Assembly: GCF_009914755.1 (NCBI RefSeq)
Contig: NC_060944.1
Origin: the human T2T-CHM13v2.0 reference genome, Homo sapiens
Strand: one strand, 5' to 3'
DNA: 64,000 nucleotides
This document shows positions 12,801 through 25,643 of the stretch, piece by piece (positions within the stretch are counted from its first letter, which is position 1; each line of letters opens with the position of its first letter). The notes under the pieces were generated by a model, which made no database searches, was not told the DNA's origin, and was given only the letters and a program-made list of their open reading frames with translations. Both the position numbers and the translations under genes were made by a program.

Positions 12801-15800
12801 AGTGGATATCTGGACAGCTTTGAGGCCTTCCCTGGAAACGAGTGTATCTTCATATAAACACTAGACAGAAGCATCCTCAGAAACTTGTTGGTGATGCTTG
12901 CATTCAACTCACAGAATTGAACATTTCTTTTCCTAGAGCAGTTTTGAAACACTCTTTTTGTAGTATCTGGAAGTGGACATTTGGAGCACTTTGAGGCCTA
13001 GGGTGAAAAAGGAAATATCTTCACATAAAAACTAGACAGAAGCATTCTCTGAAACTTCTTTGTGATGTGTGTACTCAACTCACAGAGTTGAACTTTTCTT
13101 CTCATAGATCAGATTTGAAACCCTCTTTTAGTAGAGAATGCAAGTGCATATTTGGATAGCTTTGAGGATTTCATTGGAAACGGGAATATCTTCCCATAAA
13201 AACTAGAAAGAAGCATTCTCAGAAACTTCTTTGTGATGCTTGCATTCAACACACAGAGTTGAACATTCCCTTTCATACAGCAGTTTTGAAACACTCTTTT
13301 TGTAGTATCTGGAAGTGGACCTTTGGAGCGCTTTGAGGCCTAGGGTGAAAAAGGAAATACCCTCACCTAAAAAGTAGACCGAAGCATTCTCAGAAACTTC
13401 TTTGTGATGTGTGTAGTCAACTCACAGAGTTGAACCTTTCTTTTGATACTGCAGTTTTGAAACACTCTTTTTATAGAATCTGCAAGTGGTTATTTTGATA
13501 GCTTTGAGGCTTTCATTGGAAACGGGAATATCTTCACATAAAAACTAGACAGAAGCATTCTCAGAAACTTCTTTATGAAGTTTGCATTCAACTCACAGAG
13601 TTGAACTTTCCGTTCCATACAGCAGTTTTGAAACTCTCTTTCTCTAGAATCTGTAAGTGGAAACTTGGAGCGCTTCGAGGCCTATGGTGAAAAAGGGAAT
13701 ATCTTCCCATAAAAAGTACACAGAAGAATGCTCAGTAACTACTTTGTGATGTGTGTACTCAACTCACAGGGTTGAACTTTTCTTTTGAAAGAGAAGTTTT
13801 GAAACACTCTTTTTGTAGAATCTGCAAATGGGTATTTAGCCTGCTTTGAGGCCTTCATTGGAAACGGGAATATCTTCACATAAAACTAGACAGAAGCATT
13901 CTCAGAAACTTCGTTGTGATGTGTGCATTCAACTCCCAGAGTTGAACCTCTCTTTTGATAGAGCAGTTCTGAAACAATCTGTTTGTGTTAACTGGAAGTG
14001 GACGTTTGGAGCGATTCGAGGCCTATGATGAAAAAGGCAATATCTTCACCTAAAAACTAGACAGAAGCATTCTCAGAAACTGCTTTGTGATATGTGTAGT
14101 CAACTCACGGAGTTGAAACTTGGTTTTGATGGAACAGTTTTGAAACACTCCTTTTGTTAGAATCTTCAAGTGGATATTTGGATAGCTTTGAGGCTTTCAT
14201 TGGAAACGGGAATATCTACACATAAGAACTAGACAGAAGCATTCTCAGAAAGTTCTTTATGAAGTTCGCATTCAACTCACAGAGTTGTACCTTCCTTTTC
14301 ACACAGCAGTTTTGAGACATTCTTTTTGTAGAGTCTGCAAGTGGACATTTGGAGTGATTTGAGACATAGGGTGAAAAAGGAATATCTTCCCATAAAAAGT
14401 CGACAGAAGCATTCTCAGAAACGACTTTCTGATTTGTGTACTCAACTCACAGAGTTAAACCTTTCCTTTGATACAGCAGTTCGGAAACACTCTTCTTGTA
14501 GACTTTACAAGCGGATATAAGGACAGCAGTGAGGATTTCATCGGAAACGGAATATCTTCACATAAAAGTAGACAGAAGCATTCTCAGAAAGTTCTTTGTA
14601 ATGTGTGCATTCAACTCACAGATTTGAAACTTTCTTTTGATAGAGTAGATTGGAAGCCCTCTTTTTGTAGAATTTGCAAGTGGATATCTGGACAGCTTTG
14701 AGGCCTTCCCTGGAAACGAGTGTATCTTCACATAAACACTAGACAGAAGCATCCTCAGAAACTTGTTGGTGATGCTTGCATTCAACTCACAGAATTGAAC
14801 ATTTCTTTTCCTAGAGCAGTTTTGAAACACTCTTTTTGTAGTATCTGGAAGTGGACATTTGGAGCACTTTGAGGCCTAGGGTGAAAAAGGAAATAGCTTC
14901 ACATAAAAACTAGACAGAAGCATTCTCTGAAACTTCTTTGTGAGGTGTGTACTCAACTCACAGAGATGAACTTTTCTTCTCATAGATCAGATTTGAAACC
15001 CTCTTTTTGTAGAGTCTGCAAGTGCATACTTGGATAGCTTTGAGGATTTCATTGGAAACGGGAATATCTTCCCATATAAACTAGAAAGAAGCATTCTCAG
15101 AAACTTCTTTGTGATGGTTGCATTCAACTCACAGAGTTGAACATTCCCTTTCATACAGCAGTTTGGAAACACTCTTTTTGTAGTACGTGGAAGTGGACCT
15201 TTGGAGCGCTTTGAGGCCTAGGGTGAAAAAGGAAATATCCTCACCTAAGAACTAGACAGAAGCATTCTCAGAAACTTCCTTGTGATGTGTGTAGTCAACT
15301 CATAGAGTTGAACCTTTCTTTTGATACAGCAGTTTTGAAACACTCTTTTTGTAGAATCTGCAAGTGGTTATTTTGATAGCTTTGAGGCTTTGATTGGAAA
15401 CGGGAATATCTTCACATAAAAACTAGACAGAAGCATTCTCAGAAACTTCTTTATGAAGTTTGCATTCAACTCACAGAGTTGAACATTCCGTTCCATACAG
15501 CAGTTTTGAAACTCTCTTTTTCTAGAATCTGTAAGTGGAAACTTAGAGCGCTTCGAGGCCTATGGTGAAAAAGGGAATATCTTCCCATAAAAAGTACACA
15601 GAAGAATGCTCAGTAACTACTTTGTGATGTGTGTACTCAACTCACAGGGTTGAACTTTTCTTTTGAAAGAGAAGTTTTGAAACACTCTTTTTGTAGAATC
15701 TGCAAATGGGTATTTAGCCTGCCTTGAGGCCTTCATTGGAAACGGGAATATCTTCACATAAAACTAGACAGAAGCATTCTCAGAAACTTCGTTGTGATGT

Positions 15801-17310
15801 GTGCATTCAACTCCCAGAGTTGAACCTCTCTTTTGATAGAGCAGTTCTGAAACAATCTTTTTGTGGTATCTGGAAGTGGACGTTTGGAGCGATTCGAGTC
15901 CTATGGTGAAAAAGGCAGTATCTTCACCTAAAAACTAGACAGAAGCATTCTCAGAAACTGCTTTATGATATATGTAGTCAACTCACGGAGTTGAAACTTT
16001 GTTTTGATGTAGCAGTTTTGAAACACTCTTTTTGTTGGAATCTTGAAGTGGATATTTGGATAGCTTTGAGGCTTTCATTGGAAACGAGAATATCTACACA
16101 TAACAAATAGACAGAAGCATTCTCAGAAAGTTCTTTATGAAGTTCGCATTCAACTCACAGAGTTGTACCTTCCTTTTCACACAGCAGTTTTGAGACATTA
16201 TTTTGTAGAATCTGCAAGTGGACATTTGGAGTGATTTGAGACATAGGGTGAAAAAGGAATATCTTCCCATAAAAAGTCGACAGAAGCATTCTCAGAAACG
16301 ACTTTCTGATTTGTGTACTCAACTCACAGAGCTAAACCTTTCCTTTGATACAGCAGTTCGGAAACACTCTTCTTGTAGACTTTACAAGCGGATATAAGGA
16401 CAGCAGTGAGGATTTCATTGGAAACGGAATATCTTCACATAAAAGTAGACAGAAGCATTCTCAGAAAGTTCTTTGTAATGTGTGCATTCAACTCACAGAG
16501 TTGAAAATTTCTTTTGATAGAGCAGATTGGAAGCCCTCTTTTTGTAGAATTTGCAAGTGGATATCTGGACAGCTTTGAGGCCTTCCCTGGAAACGAGTGT
16601 ATCTTCACATAAACACTAGACACAAGCATCCTCAGAAACTTGTTGGTGATGCTTGCATTCAACTCACAGAATTGAACGTTTCTTTTCCTAGAGCAGTTTT
16701 GAAACACTCTTTTTGTAGTATCTGGAAGTGGACATTTGGAGCACTTTGAGGCCTAGGGTGAAAAAGGAAATATCTTCACATAAAAACTAGACAGAAGCAT
16801 TCTCTGAAACTTCTTTGTGATGTGTGTACTCAACTCACAGAGTTGAACTTTTCTTCTCATAGATCAGATTTGAAACCCTCTTTTTGTAGACTCTGCAAGT
16901 GCATATTTGGATAGCTTTGAGGATTCCATTGGAAACGGGAATATCTTCCCATAAAAACTAGAAAGAAGCATTCTCAGAAACTTCTTTGTGATGCTTGCTT
17001 TCAACACACAGAGTTGAACATTCCCTTTCATACAGCAGTTTGGAAACACTCTTTTTGTAGTATCTGGAAGTGGACCTTTGGAGCGCTTTGAGGCCTAGGG
17101 TGAAAAAGGAAATATCCTCACCTAAAAACTAGACAGAAGCATTCTCAGAAACTTCTTTGTGATGTGTGTAGTCAACTCACAGAGTTGAACATTTCTTTTG
17201 ATACAGCAGTTTTGAAACACTCTTTTTGTAGAATCTGCAAGTGGTTATTTTGATAGCTTTGAGGCTTTCATTGGAAACGGGAATATCTTCACATAAAAAC
17301 TAGACAGAAG

Positions 17311-20300
17311 CATTCTCAGAATCTTCTTTATGAAGTTTGCATTCAACTCACAGAGTTGAACTTTCCGTTCCATACAGCAGTTTTGAAACTCTCTTTTTCT
17401 AGAATATTTAAGTGGAAACTTGGAGCGCTTCGAGGCCTATGGTGAAAAAGGGAATATCTTCCCATAAAAAGTAGACAGAAGAATGCTCAGTAACTACATT
17501 GTGATGTGTGTAATCAACTCACAGAGTTGAACTTTTCTTTTGAAAGAGAAGATTTGAAACACTCTTTTTGTAGAATCTGCAAATGGGTATTTAGCCTGCT
17601 TTGAGGCCTTCACTGGAAACGGGAATATCTTCTCATAAAACTAGACAGAAGCATTCTCAGAAACTTCGTTGTGATGGGTGCATTCAACTCCCAGAGTTGA
17701 ACCTCTCTTTTGTTAGAGCAGTTCTGAAACAATCTTTTTGTGGTATCTGGAAGTGGACGTTTGGAGCGATTCGAGGCCTATGGTGAAAAAGGCAATATCT
17801 TCACCTAAAAACTAGACAGAAGCATTCTCAGAAACTGCTTTGTGATATGTGTAGTCAACTCACGGAGTTGAAACTTTGTTTTGATGCAGCAGTTTTGAAA
17901 CACTCTTTTTGTTAGAATCTTCAAGTGGATATTTGGATAGCTTTGAGGATTTCATTGGAAACGGGAATATCTACACATAAGAACTAGACAGAAGCATTCT
18001 CAGAAAGTTCTTTATGAAGTTCGCATTCAACTCACAGAGTTGTACCTTCCTTTTCACACAGCAGTTTTGAGACATTCTTTTTGTAGAATCTGCAAGTGGA
18101 CACTTGGAGTGACTTGAGAACTAGGGTGAAACAGGAATATCTTCCCATAAAAAGTAGACAGAAGCATTCTCAGAAACGACTTTCTGATTTGTGTACTCAA
18201 CTCACAGAGTTAAACCTTTCCTTTGATACAGCAGTTCGGAAACACTCTTCTTGTAGACTTTACAAGCGGATAGAAGGACAGCAGTGAGGATTTCATCAGA
18301 AATGGAATATCTGCACATAAAAGCAGACAGAAGCATTCTCAGAAAGTTCTTTGTAATGTGTGCATTCAACTCACAGAGTTGAAACTTTCTTTTGATAGAG
18401 CAGATTGGAAGCCCTCTTTTTGTAGAATTTGCAAGTGGATATCTGGACAGCTTTGAGGCCTTCCCTGGAAACGAGTGTATCTTCACATAAACACTAGACA
18501 GAAGCATCCTCAGAAACTTGTTGGTGATGCTTGCATTCAACTCACAGAATTGAACATTTCTTTTCCTAGAGCAGTTTTGAAACACTCTTTTTGTAGTATC
18601 TCGAAGTGGACATTTGGAGCACTTTGAGGCCTAGGGTGAAAAAGGAAATATCTTCACATAAAAACTAGACAGAAGCATTCTCTGAAACTTCTTTGTGATG
18701 TGTGTACTCAACTCACAGAGTTGAACTTTTCTTCTCATAGATCAGATTTGAAACCCTCTTTTTGTAGACTCTGCAAGTGCATATTTGGATAGCTTTGAGG
18801 ATTTCATTGGAAACGGGAATATCTTCCCATAAAAACTAGAAAGAAGCATTCTCAGAAACTTCTTTGTGATGCTTGCTTTCAACACACAGAGTTGAACATT
18901 CCCTTTCATACAGCAGTTTTGAAACACTCTTTTTGTAGTATCTGGAAGTGGACCTTTGGAGCGCTTTGAGGCCTAGGGTGAAAAAGGAAATATCCTCACC
19001 TAAAAACTAGACAGAAGCATTCTCAGAAACTTCTTTGTGATGTGTGTAGTCAACTCACAGAGTTGAACCTTTCTTTTGATACAGCAGTTTTGAAACACTC
19101 TTTTTGTAGAATCTGCAAGTGGTTATTTTGATAGCTTTGAGGCTTTCATTGGAAACGGGAATATCTTCACATAAAAACTAGACAGAAGCATTCTCAGAAA
19201 CTTCTTTATGAAGTTTGCATTCAACTCACAGAGTTGAACTTTCCGTTCCATACAGCAGTTTTGAAACTCTCTTTTTCTAGAATATTTAAGTGGAAACTTG
19301 GAGCGCTTCGAGGCCTATGGTGAAAAAGGGAATATCTTCCCATAAAAAGTAGACAGAAGAATGCTCAGTAACTACATTGTGATGTGTGTAATCAACTCAC
19401 AGAGTTGAACTTTTCTTTTGAAAGAGAAGATTTGAAACACTCTTTTTGTAGAATCTGCAAATGGGTATTTAGCCTGCTTTGAGGCCTTCACTGGAAACGG
19501 GAATATCTTCTCATAAAACTAGACAGAAGCATTCTCAGAAACTTCGTTGTGATGGGTGCATTCAACTCCCAGAGTTGAACCTCTCTTTTGTTAGAGCAGT
19601 TCTGAAACAATCTTTTTGTGGTATCTGGAAGTGGACGTTTGGAGCGATTCGAGGCCTATGGTGAAAAAGGCAATATCTTCACCTAAAAACTAGACAGAAG
19701 CATTCTCAGAAACTGCTTTGTGATATGTGTAGTCAACTCACGGAGTTGAAACTTTGTTTTGATGCAGCAGTTTTGAAACACTCTTTTTGTTAGAATCTTC
19801 AAGTGGATATTTGGATAGCTTTGAGGCTTTCATTGGAAACGGGAATATCTACACATAAGAACTAGACAGAAGCATTCTCAGAAAGTTCTTTATGAAGTTC
19901 GCATTCAACTCACAGAGTTGTACCTTCCTTTTCACACAGCAGTTTTGAGACATTCTTTTTGTAGAATCTGCAAGTGGACACTTGGAGTGACTTGAGAACT
20001 AGGGTGAAACAGGAATATCTTCCCATAAAAAGTAGACAGAAGCATTCTCAGAAACGACTTTCTGATTTGTGTACTCAACTCACAGAGTTAAACCTTTCCT
20101 TTGATACAGCAGTTCGGAAACACTCTTCTTGTAGACTTTACAAGCGGATATAAGGACAGCAGTGAGGATTTCATCAGAAATGGAATATCTGCACATAAAA
20201 GCAGACAGAAGCATTCTCAGAAAGTTCTTTGTAATGTGTGCATTCAACTCACAGAGTTGAAACTTTCTTTTGATAGAGCAGATTGGAAGCCCTCTTTTTG

Positions 20301-22020
20301 TAGAATTTGCAAGTGGATATCTGGACAGCTTTGAGGCCTTCCCTGGAAACGAGTGTATCTTCACATAAACACTAGACAGAAGCATCCTCAGAAACTTGTT
20401 GGTGATGCTTGCATTCAACTCACAGAATTGAACGTTTCTTTTCCTAGAGCAGTTTTGAAACACTCTTTTTGTAGTATCTGGAAGTGGACATTTGGAGCAC
20501 TTTGAGGCCTAGGGTGAAAAAGGAAATATCTTCACATAAAAACTAGACAGAAGCATTCTCTGAAACTTCTTTGTGATGTGTGTACTCAACTCACAGAGTT
20601 GAACTTTTCTTCTCATAGATCAGATTTGAAACCCTCTTTTTGTAGAGTCTGCAAGTGCATATTTGGATAGCTTTGAGGATTTCATTGGAAACGGGAATAT
20701 CTTCCCATAAAAACTAGAAAGAAGCATTCTCAGAAACTTCTTTGTGATGCTTGCTTTCAACACACAGAGTTGAACATTCCCTTTCATACAGCAGTTTTGA
20801 AACACTCTTTTTGTAGTATCTGGAAGTGGACCTTTGGAGCGCTTTGAGGCCTAGGGTGAAAAAGGAAATATCCTCACCTAAAAACTAGACAGAAGCATTC
20901 TCAGAAACTTCTTTGTGATGTGTGTAGTCAACTCACAGAGTTGAACCTTTCTTTTGATACAGCAGTTTTGAAACACTCTTTTTGTAGAATCTGCAAGTGG
21001 TTATTTTGATAGCTTTGAGGCTTTCATTGGAAACGGGAATATCTTCACATAAAAACTAGACAGAAGCATTCTCAGAAACTTCTTTATGAAGTTTGCATTC
21101 AACTCACAGAGTTGAACTTTCCGTTCCATACAGCAGTTTTGAAACTCTCTTTTTCTAGAATATTTAAGTGGAAACTTGGAGCGCTTCGAGGCCTATGGTG
21201 AAAAAGGGAATATCTTCCCATAAAAAGTAGACAGAAGAATGCTCAGTAACTACATTGTGATGTGTGTAATCAACTCACAGAGTTGAACTTTTCTTTTGAA
21301 AGAGAAGATTTGAAACACTCTTTTTGTAGAATCTGCAAATGGGTATTTAGCCTGCTTTGAGGCCTTCACTGGAAACGGGAATATCTTCTCATAAAACTAG
21401 ACAGAAGCATTCTCAGAAACTTCGTTGTGATGGGTGCATTCAACTCCCAGAGTTGAACCTCTCTTTTGTTAGAGCAGTTCTGAAACAATCTTTTTGTGGT
21501 ATCTGGAAGTGGACGTTTGGAGCGATTCGAGGCCTATGGTGAAAAGGCAATATCTTCACCTAAAAACTAGACAGAAGCATTCTCAGAAACTGCTTTGTGA
21601 TATGTGTAGTCAACTCACGGAGTTGAAACTTGGTTTTGATGCAGCAGTTTTGAAACACTCTTTTTGTTAGAATCTTCAAGTGCATATTTGGATAGCTTTG
21701 AGGCTTTCATTGGAAACGGGAATATCTACACATAAGAACTAGACAGAAGCATTCTCAGAAAGTTCTTTATGAAGTTCGCATTCAACTCACAGAGTTGTAC
21801 CTTCCTTTTCACACAGCAGTTTTGAGACATTCTTTTTGTAGAATCTGCAAGTGGACACTTGGAGTGACTTGAGAACTAGGGTGAAACAGGAATATCTTCC
21901 CATAAAAAGTAGACAGAAGCATTCTCAGAAACGACTTTCTGATTTGTGTACTCAACTCACAGAGTTAAACCTTTCCTTTGATACAGCAGTTCGGAAACAC
22001 TCTTCTTGTAGACTTTACAA
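17311..22020 (+). repeat. Near-identical tandem triplication of one 11-mer haplotype (units start 17311, 19189, 21067)
   Basis: Shared variants CTTCACTGG, TTCTCATAAAAC, GATGGGTG, TTGTTAGAGC and GGACACTTGGAGTGACTTGAGAACTAGGGTGAAACAGG occur in three consecutive units at 1878-bp spacing. Confidence 0.9.
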
Positions 22021-22555
22021 GCGGATAAAAGGACAGCAGTGAGGATTTCATTGGAAACGGAATATCTTCACATAAAAGTAGACAGAAGCATTCTCAGAAA
22101 TTTCTTTGTAATGTGTGCATTCAAATCACGAGTGGAAACTTTCTTTTGATAGAGCAGATTGGAAGCCCTCTTTTTGTAGAATTTGCAAGTGGATATCTGG
22201 ACAGCTTTGAGGCCTTCCCTGGAAACGAGTGTATCTTCACATAAACACTAGACAGAAGCATCCTCAGAAACTTGTTGGTGATGCTTGCATTCAACTCACA
22301 GAATTGAACATTTCTTTTCCTAGAGCAGTTTTGAAACACTCTTTTTGTAGTATCTGGAAGGGAACATTTGGAGCACTTTGAGGCCAAGGGTGAAAAAGGA
22401 AATAGCTTCACATAAAAACTAGACAGAAGCATTCTCTGAAACTTCTTTGTGATGTGTGTACTCAACTCACAGAGTTGAACTTTTCTTCTCATAGATCAGA
22501 TTTGAAACCCTCTTTTTGTAGAGTCTGCAAGTGCATAATTGGATAGCTTTGAGGA

Positions 22556-22572
22556 TTTCGTTGGAAACGGGA
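22556..22572 (+). other. Canonical CENP-B box (in m9)
   Basis: TTTCGTTGGAAACGGGA matches YTTCGTTGGAARCGGGA. Confidence 0.95.
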
Positions 22573-22726
22573 ATATCTTCCCATAAAAACTAGAAAGAAG
22601 CATTCTCAGAAACTTCTTTGTGATGCTTGCATTCAACTTACAGAGTTGAACATTCCCTTTCATACAGCAGTTTGGAAACACTCTTTTTGTAGTATCTGGA
22701 AGTGGACCTTTGGAGTGATTTGAGGC

Positions 22727-22743
22727 CTACGGTGAAAAAGGAA
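22727..22743 (+). other. Example A-box (pJalpha-type motif) of A-type monomers; related motifs occur in m1, m3, m5, m8 and m10 of every unit
   Basis: CTACGGTGAAAAAGGAA at the position occupied by the CENP-B box in B monomers. Confidence 0.75.
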
Positions 22744-22942
22744 ATATCCTCACCTAAGAACTAGACAGAAGCATTCTCAGAAACTTCTTTGTGATGTGTG
22801 TAGTCAACTCACAGAGTTGAAGCTTTCTTTTGATACAGCACTTTTGAAACACTCTTTTTGTAGAATCTGCAAGTGGTTGTTTTGATAGTTTTGAGGCTTT
22901 GATTGGAAACGGGAATATGTTCACATAAAAACTAGACAGAAG

Positions 22943-24137
22943 CATTCTCAGAAACTTCTTTATGAAGTTTGCATTCAAATCACAGAGTTGAACTTTCCGT
23001 TCCATACAGCAGTTTTGAAACTCTCTTTTTCTAGAATCTGTAAGTGGAAACTTGGAGCGCTTTGAGGCCTATGGTGAAAAAAGGAATATCTTCCCATAAA
23101 AAGTAGACAGAAGAATTCTCAGTAACTACTTTGTGATGTGTGTACTCAACTCACAGAGTTGAACTTTTCTTTTGAAAGAGAAGTTTTGAAACACTCTTTT
23201 TGTAGAATCTGCAAATGGGTATGTAGCCTGCTTTGAGGCCTTCATTGGAAACGGGAATATCTTCACATAAAACAAGACAGAAGCATTCTCAGAATCTTCG
23301 TTGTGGTGTGTGCATTCAACTCCCAGAGTTTAACCTCTCTTTTGATAGAGCAGTTCTGAAACAATCTTTTTGTGGTATCTGGAAGTGGACGTTTGGGCGA
23401 TTCGAGGCCAATGGTGAAAAAGGCAATATCTTCACCTAAAAACTAGACAGAAGCATTCTCAGAAACTGCTTGGTGATATGTGTAGTCAACTTGCGGAGTT
23501 GAAACTTTGTTTTGATGCAGCAGTTTTGAAACACTCTTTTTGTTAGAATCTTCAAGTGGATATTTGGATAGCTTTGAGGCTTTCATTGGAAACGGGAATA
23601 TCTACACATAAGAACTAGACAGAAGCATTCTCAGAAAGTTCTTTATGAAGTTCGCATTCAACTCACAGAGTTGTACCTTCCTTTTCACACAGCAGTTTTG
23701 AGACATTCTTTTTGTAGAATCTGAAAGTGGACATTTGGAGTGATTTGAGACATAGGGTGAAAAAGGAATATCTTCCCATAAAAAGTCGACAGAAGCATTC
23801 TCAGAAACGACTTTCTGATTTGTGTACTCAACTCACAGAGTTAACCCTTTCCTTTGATACAGCAGTTTGGAAACACTCTTTTTGTAGTATCTGGAAGTGG
23901 ACCTTTGGAGTGATTTGAGGCCTACGGTGAAAAAGGAAATATCCTCACCTAAGAACTAGACAGAAGCATTCTCAGAAACTTCTTTGTGATGTGTGTAGTC
24001 AACTCACAGAGTTGAAGCTTTCTTTTGATACAGCACTTTTGAAACACTCTTTTTGTAGAATCTGCAAGTGGTTGTTTTGATAGTTTTGAGGCTTTGATTG
24101 GAAACGGGAATATGTTCACATAAAAACTAGACAGAAG
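22943..24137 (+). repeat. 7-mer HOR variant (m1-m5, hybrid m6/m10, m11), 1195 bp
   Basis: m6 ...CCTTTGATACAGCAGTTTGGAAACACTCTT continues as m10 TTTGTAGTATCTGGAAGTGGACC at ~23857-23903. Identical pseudo-ORFs at 23233/24428 and 22754/23949 (offset 1195). Confidence 0.94.
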
Positions 24138-25626
24138 CATTCTCAGAAACTTCTTTATGAAGTTTGCATTCAAATCACAGAGTTGAACTTTCCGTTCCAT
24201 ACAGCAGTTTTGAAACTCTCTTTTTCTAGAATCTGTAAGTGGAAACTTGGAGCGCTTTGAGGCCTATGGTGAAAAAAGGAATATCTTCCCATAAAAAGTA
24301 GACAGAAGAATTCTCAGTAACTACTTTGTGATGTGTGTACTCAACTCACAGAGTTGAACTTTTCTTTTGAAAGAGAAGTTTTGAAACACTCTTTTTGTAG
24401 AATCTGCAAATGGGTATGTAGCCTGCTTTGAGGCCTTCATTGGAAACGGGAATATCTTCACATAAAACAAGACAGAAGCATTCTCAGAATCTTCGTTGTG
24501 GTGTGTGCATTCAACTCCCAGAGTTTAACCTCTCTTTTGATAGAGCAGTTCTGAAACAATCTTTTTGTGGTATCTGGAAGTGGACGTTTGGGCGATTCGA
24601 GGCCAATGGTGAAAAAGGCAATATCTTCACCTAAAAACTAGACAGAAGCATTCTCAGAAACTGCTTGGTGATATGTGTAGTCAACTTGCGGAGTTGAAAC
24701 TTTGTTTTGATGCAGCAGTTTTGAAACACTCTTTTTGTTAGAATCTTCAAGTGGATATTTGGATAGCTTTGAGGCTTTCATTGGAAACGGGAATATCTAC
24801 ACATAAGAACTAGACAGAAGCATTCTCAGAAAGTTCTTTATGAAGTTCGCATTCAACTCACAGAGTTGTACCTTCCTTTTCACACAGCAGTTTTGAGACA
24901 TTCTTTTTGTAGAATCTGAAAGTGGACATTTGGAGTGATTTGAGACATAGGGTGAAAAAGGAATATCTTCCCATAAAAAGTCGACAGAAGCATTCTCAGA
25001 AACGACTTTCTGATTTGTGTACTCAACTCACAGAGTTAACCCTTTCCTTTGATACAGCAGTTTGGAAACACACTTCTTGTAGAATTTACAAGCGGATATA
25101 AGGACAGCAGTGAGGATTTCATCGGAAACGGTATATCTTCACATAAAAGTAGACAGAAGCATTCTCAGAAAGTTCTTTGTAATGTGTGCATTCAACTCAC
25201 GAGTGGAAACTTTCTTTTGATAGAGCAGATTGGAAGCCCTCTTTTTGTAGAATTTGTAAGTGGATATCTGGACAGCTTTGAGGCCTTCCCTGGAAACGAG
25301 TGTATCTTCACATAAACACTAGACAGAAGCATCCTCAGAAACTTGTTGGTGATGCTTGCATTCAACTCACAGAATTGAACATTTCTTTTCCTAGAGCAGT
25401 TTTGAAACACTCTTTTTGTAGTATCTGGAAGTGGACATTTGGAGCACTTTGAGGCCTAGGGTGAAAAAGGAAATATCTTCACATAAAAACTAGACAGAAG
25501 CATTCTCTGAAACTTCTTTGTGATGTGTGTACTCAACTCACAGAGTTGAACTTTTCTTCTCATAGATCAGATTAGAAACCCTCTTTTTGTAGAGTCTGCA
25601 AGTGCATAATTGGATAGCTTTTCGGA

Positions 25627-25643
25627 TTTCGTTGGAAACGGGA
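25627..25643 (+). other. Canonical CENP-B box (in m9)
   Basis: TTTCGTTGGAAACGGGA. Confidence 0.95.
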
